Assembly: GCA_951406725.2 (NCBI GenBank)
Contig: OX597814.1
Coordinates: 87,544,001-87,608,000 of the forward strand
Source of the DNA: Octopus vulgaris
Taxonomy: Eukaryota
Reading direction: 5' to 3'
Length of the DNA: 64,000 bases
The notes under the pieces were generated by a model, which was not told where the DNA came from, did no database searches, and saw only the letters and a list, made by a program, of their open reading frames with translations. This document shows, piece after piece, positions 14,301 through 27,003 of this stretch (within the stretch, counting starts at the first letter, position 1; the number at the start of each line of letters is the position of its first letter). A program made the translations under genes and the position numbers.

Positions 14301-14793
14301 TAGTGCATTTTTAATTTGAGGGGGGTGATTACTAGAACGGTTAATGTATATTAGGTTAGAATTAGGTTTAATATAGGGTTCATGTAAACCATTAGTAATG
14401 TTACAATTAAATATTTTATAGAATGCATGGATGGTTCTTTTTTTGTTATTGAGGCTCAGTTATAATTTTGAAGGACTAAATGTTAGCATAGTTGCTTCCC
14501 TTTTTGTTTATCTAAGTGCTAGTTGTTGCTTGTGATTATGTATGTGTATAAGTGTATGTATATACATATAACTATGTGTGTATGTGCGATTGATCTGTAG
14601 ATGCGTGTGTGAATATTGGCGTTCCCTGACTAACCAACCGTATAATTTTCTTTTGTGATTTAAATTTCAAACCAATAGCCAATCGAATTAATCTAAATTT
14701 TCTTTACCTAGTGGTCAGCATTTCTTAACTCATAGTTATTTCGATCTTGAAAGGATTGACTTGGTGCTAACTTAACTGTATCTATTTTTATTA

Positions 14794-14830
<37 letters not shown>

Positions 14831-15163
14831 AGTAATTTTTATTAACTTTTATAGCTTTAGAATTTTATGAACTGTACCACGGATTTAATTATTATTTTTC
14901 ATCTCCATATGTGTTAGCCTTTTTTTTATAAAAAAAACTATTAGCCAAATATGTATAATATCGGTACTTATTAATATTAATATATACACTGTTATATATT
15001 TTGTTTTATTTTGTTCTGTTTACCTTCCTTTTTGTACAAATGTGTATTATATTATATAAGTGTAGCATTATGATGTATAAGTTTTTATATTTTACATTTT
15101 TATATTTTTATATTTATATGTATATGATTATATAATATTTTTCACTATTATAACAAATTTAAT

Positions 15164-15283
15164 TTAATTCTCTGAAGAGGCCGTGGGGCATCCTTGTTAA
15201 TGCCTCATTTATACCTGCCTTTATGGCTTATAGGTTAAATGAGGTATGACTGTCCTCACTGCCGAAACAGCTGTCAGTTTTGA
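15164..15283 (+). ncRNA. Type I hammerhead ribozyme with 85-nt stem II (inverted pLTR of PLE 1)
   Basis: CTGAAGA at 15172-15178, stem II at 15179-15263, GAAAC at 15264-15268, palindromic AGCT, GTC ending at 15275. Confidence 0.75.
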
Positions 15284-15669
15284 TTTATTTGTATATTATA
15301 TTTGAAATTTTTTACTTATATCTCTTTATCTTTTTACTATTACTGTATATCTCATTTCATTTTATATATTGCCTTTACTCATATGTAATGGTGTATTAAA
15401 GTATGGATTGAGTATCATCGGATAGTTGATGTTTTACTGATTTAAGTATGTTTCTCCATTCTCTAATTTTGTAGTATTAATTTACGGTAATATTATTACC
15501 TTTACCCATTTAATACAATAGATGAACTGATTGCTTGACAATTTTTAACATCTATGTATTAATTTTGTTGGGTACCTATCTAGCAGTATATTGGATATAT
15601 ATTATCCCATGGTGGGTTGAATTTTCAACCCCTATCTCATTTTATATATATACATACACATATAAATCC

Positions 15670-15967
15670 TTAAATCCTTAAAAATGTTTTAGCCCGGAGG
15701 CCACAGCCATGCTGGGGCACCACCGCTGAATGAGCTACACTAATATGTGAATCCACCTCTGATACGTGGCACTTAATCAACAAGGGAGTCCGATGCTGCT
15801 GCCCGCATCTGCGTCTCCTGTCGTGAAGTAGGTTCATCAGGGACTCCTGACAAGAAGAGATCCAGTATATATACATATATACACATACATATATATATAT
15901 ATATATATACATATATACACATACATACACATACATATATATATATATATATATACATGCATCTATA

Positions 15968-16007
<40 letters not shown>

Positions 16008-16191
16008 CTAGTTTGAGCTCCAAGCTGCGGCCATGCTGATGCACCGCCGTTTTGTGCTACACTGTTATTACGACGAACCTCATCTAATATGTGGCACTTG
16101 GTGAAGAATGGAGTTTGATATAGCTACTCTCATCTGCACCTCTTGCCGTGAGGTAGGTTCATCTGGGACTCTCGACAGGAAGATGTCCCAG
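15670..16191 (-). mobile_element. Two short 3'-end fragments of CR1-type LINEs separated by TA microsatellite
   Basis: Both encode the [18 protein letters not shown]-terminus and 3' UTR seen in the LINE at 27004-29466. Confidence 0.8.
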
Positions 16192-16204
16192 ATATATACA
16201 TACA

Positions 16205-16307
<103 letters not shown>

Positions 16308-16372
16308 CATATATATATAAAATTGTACCTTTTAACACACTTAGGAAACTAAACCTGGAGGTTAGGGAAATA

Positions 16373-18655
16373 ATGTTGGATTATTACCTGGAAGATAAAA
16401 CTGAACCTTATACCCCCATTAGACCGAGAATAACACTCAAGGACCATAAGGAAAACTTTCTTGGTAACACGCAGGTCAGATTGATTTGCCCTACCAAATC
16501 TGACTTAGGTAAATTGAGTAAACTTATTCTTGACAAATATTTACCGACTATACGTAACAAAATTAAACTAAGCCTTTGGAAAAATACTCAAGGTGCATTA
16601 GATTGGTTTTCTGCCATTAAGGTTAGTGATAATAATAGAAGTAAATTCATCCAATTGGATATACAAAATTACTACTCCTCCATAAACCCTATTATATTAA
16701 ATAAGGCTTTAATTTTTGCTAGGAGACACACCAAATTAAGTATGGAGGAGATAAGGGTTATCTTAACAGCTAGAAAAACATTAATAGAGTTTGATAACAA
16801 ACTTTGGGCTAGAAAAGACACACCCAATTTATTCGACATCACCATGGGATCGCCGGATTCAGCGGAAGTGACTGATTTGGTTGGGATGTATTTACTCGAT
16901 AACCTTAGTAGGGAATTCCCTGAATTAAAAGGAGGACTATATAGGGATGATGCTTTATTTTTGGTAAATAATACATCAAATAGGAGACTAGATTTACTGA
17001 AAAAAAGACTGCATAAATTTTAAAAAAGTTTTGGCCTATCCATAATTATTGAAAATGAAAATTATTCTGCCAATTATTTGGATGTCAATTGCAACCTTAC
17101 TAATGGGATACATGAACCTTATATTAAACCTAATTCTAACTTAGTATATATAAACCGTTCTGGCAATCACCCACCTCAAATTAAAAGGTCACTAGTGCGT
17201 AGCATTAGTCAGAGAATCTCTTATCTATCCTCAAACGGAGACATATTTAATAAGCATTGTGATAGATATAATACAGCATTGCTTAAAGCAGGCTACAAAA
17301 GTAAAATTTGGTATATACCCAAGAATAATCCTTCAGATACAGGTGAAACTATTACGAACAACACTAACAAATTTAGGACAAACAATAATAACTGTAGGAT
17401 AAGGAAAAATAGGATATATAAAAACACATATGGTAATTATGGAGGTGTTGGTAATTTCGGAGCTGTTGACATTAGTTTAAATAAATTAGCGCACATAAGT
17501 GATGGTAGTAATATTAATAATATGCATATCAAAACTATTAGTATGTATGATAATAGTAAAGGTTATTTACGCAATAATAATTATGGTAATATTAATAATA
17601 ATAGGCATAACGATGACAATGTTAAAGGTAGTAAACATATGGGATGGAAGAGGAATAAGGTTTTTACTAAAAATAACAATTTGATAGGTAACCCAAATAG
17701 TGATATAGATACACTATGGCTAATAATCCCATATGCAATGCAGATAAAAATGGATATAGTTGGAGCTTTGCACAATTTAATATTTAGGCACTTTGTTAAG
17801 GGTAGGAATAAATTTGGTCAATTAATTAACAATGGAACTGTTAGAATAGGATATAGCATTACACATAATTTAGCCACTATCATCTTCTCATTTAATAACA
17901 GGAAACTGGATTGCCTCTATAATGATAGAAAGTTGAATTTAGATAATAGTAATTTGCCTCTCTATAATCGTAAGGACAATATATCTTTTGGAGCTAACGT
18001 GAACAACCCTCTTGTGAATTATGATAGTACCGTACCTGTAAGAAAAAATATTAATGTAATGGATGATACCACTACCACCAATACTATTACTATTGATAGG
18101 AATATCGCCAATAATATTAAACGCAATCACTCGTTAAATTTGGGATTAGATAGTAAAAATAATTATAACACTATTAATGGGAATAAAGTTACAGAAATTT
18201 TGGCCAATGTTGGATTACCTCAACCTGTTGATAACTGTAATTTCAGAAACAGGAATCAATGTGTGTTTGGTAATCAATGCCTCAAGAAAGAGGTAGTTTA
18301 TCAATGCACTGTAGATACACAATATAGCAGTAGGGTATACATCGGAGCAACTATGAATAGCATGAAACAAAGACTTAATTATCATAGATATACTTTTAGA
18401 AATAAAAACAGGATGTACTCTACGGGGTTAAGTGCATATATTTGGGAACTCAAAAGTAAGAACATAGATTTTAAATTAAATTGGAAAATACTACCTTCTG
18501 CACCTGTATACAATAGTAAAAATAAAAAATGCTCTCTATGTATTAATGAAATTTTTTTCATCATCAAAGCTGGAATACCTATTATTAATAATATTAATGA
18601 GCGGAATTTTTTTTGCATTCATAAATTAGCGTATACTTTCTCTAGATTTAAATAG
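16373..18655 (+). pseudogene. PLE reverse transcriptase + GIY-YIG endonuclease (one frameshift near 17020)
   Basis: RT motifs ITLKDHKENF..RLICPTKSDLGK, FIQLDIQNYYSSI, FDITMGSPDSAEVTDLVG and GLYRDD; thumb YINRSGNHPPQI; GIY-YIG VVYQC..YIGAT..CSLC..CIH. Confidence 0.9.
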
Positions 18656-20956
18656 AACATAGCTTTTCTACTAGTAATATTTTAACATTCCTCTACACTT
18701 GATTGTACTTGTAGTCTTTATAATTTGAAACATGCAATTTATAAATTTATAATTTTGTAGCTACACATATATATGTTCTGTATTGATTGTTTTTTGTTTT
18801 TTGTCCTGGCTTATAAAAGAAATATACTTGGATATATATATATTTTGGTATATGCATAGCACTATGATATTCATGGAGATTTCCAAAATTGATGAGTGTG
18901 TATGTGTATCATAGTTTGGGGAGCTGGTTTTAGATTCTGTAATACTAATATGTAATAAATGCGAGTCTATATTGAATGTACATTGTTTATTTTGGATGAG
19001 TATATGGGTTTTTGCATGTATTTATTTGGCAGTCTTATATATTAAGTTTATCTTTGTACTCATCTTAATTTGTATGTTATGTTATTTATTAATAAATTTA
19101 TTCATTTACTTATATGTGGCTTTATGCATATTAGCAGTCTTATATATTTAGTTTATATTTGTACTCATCTTAATTTGTATTTTATGTTATTTATCTATTT
19201 ATTTATTCATTTATTTATATGTAAATATATAAATATTAGCAGTCCTGTATACTAAGTTTATCTATGTACTCATCTTAATGTATATTTTTTATTTTATGTT
19301 ATTTATCTATTTATTTATTCATTTGTGTATATGTGGATATATACATATTAGCAGTCTTATATATTAAGTTTATCTTTGTATTTATCTTAATTTGTATTTT
19401 ATGGTATTTATCTATTTATTTATTCATTTATTTATATGTAGATATATACATATATATCCATTATTTATTAAATATATATATATATATACATGATTTTACT
19501 TATATTTTCATTTTTATTTTTTTAATTATTTCACTTTATTTTATTTTATTACATTTTATTTTTAAGTAATAACAATTATTAATTTATAATTAATTTAATT
19601 TATAATTATTTACTTATATACTATTTATTGTTAAGTCCTGTTAATTATTATATATGTATTTATACGTCCACTGATACTTAAATATATATATATAGGTACT
19701 GCGAATGTTTACATACACAGCAAATGTGAAAGTATATATGTTTGTTGTTGCACAGGAGTATACATATGGATGTGTAGATGTGAGTATAATTCTCCTAGTT
19801 TGTTGGTGAGAGATTAAATAGGAATATAATGGTAATGTAACAATATTAGACTTCTTACGATGTGATGTTATCTGTATAAGTTATAAGGTGTTATTTTGAT
19901 TATATATCTTAGAATATTAGCGTATTTTGACTTTTTACAATTAATTTCTTATAATTTAATTAATATAAACCTCTGTTAACTTAGTATATATGTATTTTTA
20001 CGTCTTTTGATAGACAAACATAAACGGGTATTTTATATTTTATAATTTAGTAAATATTTGAATAAACATAGTGGTAATGATATAGACATTTTTAGTTCTA
20101 AGATATTTTGTTTACGAAAAATACGGTGTTATTTTAATTATGTACCTTATGATAAATTACATTCTCCATTTAGGTATAATTATATGTATGATTGCATTTA
20201 CGGATTTATGGACATATGTGAGTGGATCTGTTTGTAAACATTTATATGTGTGTATAGGTGGGATAGTACCTCTTATGTTACTTATGATTTGGTTGTGTAT
20301 GTGGGTATGTGTGTGTGTGTGTGTGTGTGTGAACATGTGACTATGTCTGTATGTGCGCACGTTTGTGGATGTGCGTGAGCATGTTTCCTAGCTAACTAAC
20401 CGTAAAATATCTATTGTAATTCAAATTTAAAAGTATAGGCCAATCGAATGCATCTGTGGAAATTAATACCATGCAAACAGAAGAATTTGACTGATTGCAT
20501 ATATATGCAGATATCTATTTGCCTTGAATAATACTATGGTGGTATTTATTGGTCTTCAGTGTTGCTACTATGTTGTTAATTGTGAGATATATGTATTGTT
20601 TTATTATTAATGATGTTGTTAGTAGTAAGAATATTGATATTGATAACATTATTGTTATTGATAACGGTATTGGTATTAGCATTATTGACTTTTTGTAAAG
20701 TAACACAAATTAATATAATGAACTGTTTACTATATATGTCTGCATTAAGTATGAATATATCTGTTGTAATTTCTTAATATTGGTTGAGGAACTGTAACAT
20801 TCAATATAGAACATTATTATGTTTATTGATATATATTGATTTATTATTTATATTATTATGTATGTGTATATGTGTATATATATAAGGATATGAGTATATA
20901 TGCACTCATATTTATATTTATATGTAAATGATTTTTGGGTATGTACTCATACTTAC

Positions 20957-21082
20957 ATTAGAATCTCCGAAGAGGCCGTAAGATATTTTTGTTGATGTCT
21001 CATTTATACCTGCAATATATGGCTAATATAGGTTAAATGAGACATACCTATCTGCATGGCCGAAACAGCTGTCAGTTATAAT
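20957..21082 (+). ncRNA. Hammerhead ribozyme, CCGAAGA core variant, 88-nt stem II (PLE 2)
   Basis: CCGAAGA at 20967-20973, GGCCGT...ATGGCC closing stem II, GAAAC-AGCT-GTC at 21062-21073. Confidence 0.7.
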
Positions 21083-21297
21083 GTATATGTATTTTTATAT
21101 CTTGTTATTTTATTTAGTTATATCTCATTATATTGATTGTAATTATTGTACCGTATTAATGTCTAATCTTAATGCTCTTGTGTAGTGCTTTAATAAAGTA
21201 TATGATTCGGTATTATCTGATAGTTGATGAATGATTTAGATATATTTCTCCATTTTCTTATTTTGCATATACATATATATATATATATACATTTCTT

Positions 21298-21922
21298 AGT
21301 ATGCATTGTCTGGGAGACTTTTCTTGCAGTAGAAGAAATAGCCAAATTTTTGGCTGCTATTTCTAAAAAGCTCAGTGTGTGGTAAAGTAAATTATTTTAC
21401 ATTACCCTATTTTTATAAAGTAATATTTCAAATATACCGTAAATGGTCGTTTTATACACCGAATACTGCTCGGTCAAATTGATTAATAATTAATCAATTT
21501 TACCCTTTTTTATTGACAATATAATGCTTTCTCCCCAAGAATTTTAACTACACTTTTGCCTCTGTAGGAATGCACTACCCTGTGACTCATGTGGGTGGAC
21601 AGGGGAATACTAGATCTCATATGTATTTTAGGATTCGCTTAGTACTTTCTAATCCAAATCAGAAATCTTTGAGCTGATGAAGGAAATGTTGGCGTTTAGT
21701 CAACTAATCCAGAAACAGGTTTAACCTCGGGTATTACATATGGATGTGATCTTTACTTGTTTTTCCCTTATACCTATGTGAGTTATTTTTGAGTATGCAT
21801 TGTCTGGGAGACTTTTCTTGCAGTAGGAGAAATAGCCAAATTTTTGGCTGCTATTTCTAAAAAGCTTGATGTGTGGTAAAGTAAATTACTTTACTTTACC
21901 CTATTTTTATAAAGTAATATTT

Positions 21923-21930
<8 letters not shown>
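21298..21930 (+). repeat. ~494-bp unit bounded by 139-bp direct repeats, containing an HHR-like motif (probable PLE pLTR or retrozyme remnant)
   Basis: 21298-21436 is repeated at 21792-21930. CTGATGA at 21674-21680 is followed by a hairpin and GAAAC at 21712-21716. Confidence 0.5.
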
Positions 21931-24441
<2,511 letters not shown>

Positions 24442-24785
24442 TATATTGTATAGAGGGCATTATTACACATAAATGCCTCACACTAAGAGGGACAAAGTCA
24501 TTACTACCAAAATTTATAGTAATCATACCTAAATGCAGTTTTTCAAAGCAAGACATTTAAAAAATGAATTTAGTTCTGTATCACCGTGATTTCACATTCA
24601 ACTTACGTCTTATGATCCTCAGCAGAACTGATTCTGAACACATCATAAATAAACTACCAACCTTTTTTAAATATCTTGCTTTGAAAAACTGCATTTAGGT
24701 ATGATTAGTATAAATTTTGGTAGTAATGACTTTGTCCCTCTTAGTGTGAGGCATTTATGTGTAATAATGCCCTCTATACAATATA
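24442..24785. mobile_element. MITE/foldback with ~120-bp terminal inverted repeats in TA context
   Basis: tatattgtatagagggcattattacac...gcaagacatttaaaaaa (24442-24565) is the reverse complement of 24663-24785. Confidence 0.8.
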
Positions 24786-24913
24786 GATATAATTAATTTG
24801 TTCAAAGGAAAAAAATTATTTTCGAATTCTTTTCTTTTATGAGGTTTTCACGCTAACTACCCGATAATTTCTTGTTAAGATTCCTTATTAAGAGGTTATC
24901 CTCAATTGTTAAA

Positions 24914-24965
<52 letters not shown>

Positions 24966-25054
24966 TACATATATATATATACATATACATACATATATAT
25001 ATATACACATATACATATATATATATATATACATATACATACATATATATATAC

Positions 25055-25096
<42 letters not shown>

Positions 25097-25179
25097 GTGA
25101 AAAGGAACACACGAGTTGATATATATGAAAAAACAAGTCAAAAATAGAAAATGCTAAAATAATTTTATAGTGAACATTT

Positions 25180-25217
25180 CAGTACCGGTTTCGGTCATTT
25201 TGAGACCTTTTCAACTG
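25180..25217 (-). ncRNA. Minimal hammerhead ribozyme, U3-A8 variant (inverted pLTR copy)
   Basis: Minus strand reads CAG-UUGAAAA-GGUC-ucaaaau-GACC-GAAAC-CG-GUA-CUG. Confidence 0.65.
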
Positions 25218-26590
25218 TAACGATTAAATAATTAAATTTAGAAAAATTAGAAGAAAAGTTTTTTTAAAAGAATATTTCTATAGTAGTGTTCAGATTTAAG
25301 TGGCATTCTGCCTTTCTCTGACTCCCTTGTTTGCACTTGTGTGTTCGAGGTAGTTGTGAGTTCTTGGTAGGGTAGTAGAGGAAGAAGGCTGGTGAGGAAA
25401 GGGGGTGGGAGAATCTGGGAGTGCCCTGATGGTCGTATTTTGAATGGTCAGTGGCGGCTGGCAGTCTCAGTTCAATTCAGGAGAATATTTATATTGACAG
25501 GCTTGTTTATAGAATTAGCGTAGGTGTTATACTAAAAACATTAGTGACAAAGTTAAGGGGTAGGGGGTGGAGAAGTAGAAGAAGAAGGAGAAGGAGAAGA
25601 TGATGGTGATGGTGGTGATGATTATGACGACGATGATGATGATAATGATGATGATGAAGAAGAAGAAGAAGAAGAAGGAGGCTAGAGAATCACGCCAACG
25701 AACTACCACACCGCATCAAAAAAGAATTTGTGATAGAAGGGGTTAAATTCATCCTGGAAAATAACTTCTTCGCCTTCAATGACAACTTCTACCGACAAAA
25801 ATCGGGGACTGCGATGGGTACACGAATGGCCCCCTCCTTTGCCAACCTAGTCATAGGATACCTAGAGATCAGTCTGTATCGTAAGGTTCTAGAAAGATAT
25901 GGCAGCCCTTTCTCCATCTACATAGAAAACAACTGGAAGAGATATCTAGATGACTGTTTCATCCTTTGGCATAAAAATATAGAAAAACTACATAGTAGTT
26001 CATATTCTCCCTTCTCTCTTTTTTTCTTCTTCTTCTTCTTCTTCTTCTTCTTCATCATCATCATTATCATCATCATCTTCGTCATCATCATCACCACCAT
26101 CATCACCACCATCTTCTCCTTCTCCTCCTTCTTCTTCTTCTTCTTCATCATCATCATTATCATCATCATCGTCGTCATAATCATCACCACCATCACCATC
26201 ATCGTCATCTTCTCCTTCTCCTTCTTCTTCTACTTCTCCACCCCCTACCCCTTAACTTTGTCACTAATGTTTTTAGTATAACACCTACGCTAATTCTATA
26301 AACAAGCCTGTCAATATAAATATTCTCCCGAATTGAACTGAGACTGCCAGCTGCCACTGACCATTCAAAATACGACCATCAGGGCACTCCCAGATTCTCC
26401 CACCCCCTTTCCTCACCAGCCTTCTTCCTCTACTACCCTACCAAGAACTCACAACTACCTCGAACACACAAGTGCAAACAAGGGAGTCAGAGAAAGGCAG
26501 AATGCCACTTAAATCTGAACACTACTATAGAAATATTCTTTTAAAAAAACTTTTCTTCTAATTTTTCTAAATTTAATTATTTAATCGTTA

Positions 26591-26628
26591 CAGTTGAAAA
26601 GGTCTCAAAATGACCGAAACCAGTACTG
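26591..26628 (+). ncRNA. Minimal hammerhead ribozyme, U3-A8 variant
   Basis: CAG-TTGAAAA-GGTC-tcaaaat-GACC-GAAAC-CA-GTA-CTG; stem I CAG/CTG, stem II GGTC/GACC. Confidence 0.65.
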
Positions 26629-26680
26629 AAATGTTCACTATAAAATTATTTTAGCATTTTCTATTTTTGACTTGTTTTTT

Positions 26681-27003
<323 letters not shown>

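Larger units (their letters stand above)
10411..15645 (-). mobile_element. Penelope-like element 1 (Naiad-like): 5'-truncated body with an inverted 5' pseudo-LTR plus tail
   Basis: The minus strand carries thumb/linker/GIY-YIG coding sequence at 14400-12838. 10411-11500 is a near-identical reverse complement of 14407-15477. The tail at 15478-15640 matches the 5' leader of element 3 (34150-34312). Confidence 0.88.
16321..21268 (+). mobile_element. Penelope-like element 2 (Naiad-like), 5'-truncated, with long AT-rich 3' UTR and pLTR
   Basis: RT and GIY-YIG ORFs, an HHR at ~20960-21080, and a 3' end homologous to 15400-15477 and 30681-30760. Confidence 0.9.

Noticed and set aside
16373-18760. 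Selenoprotein-coding Naiad (in-frame UGA plus SECIS)
   Set aside because: No in-frame TGA at conserved Cys positions in any of the three elements; the interruptions are TAA stops or frameshifts, and no SECIS-like motif was seen after the stops.
25918-26281. Poly-F/I or poly-M/K membrane-protein-like ORFs
   Set aside because: Trinucleotide (TTC/ATC) repeats in a PLE 3' UTR.
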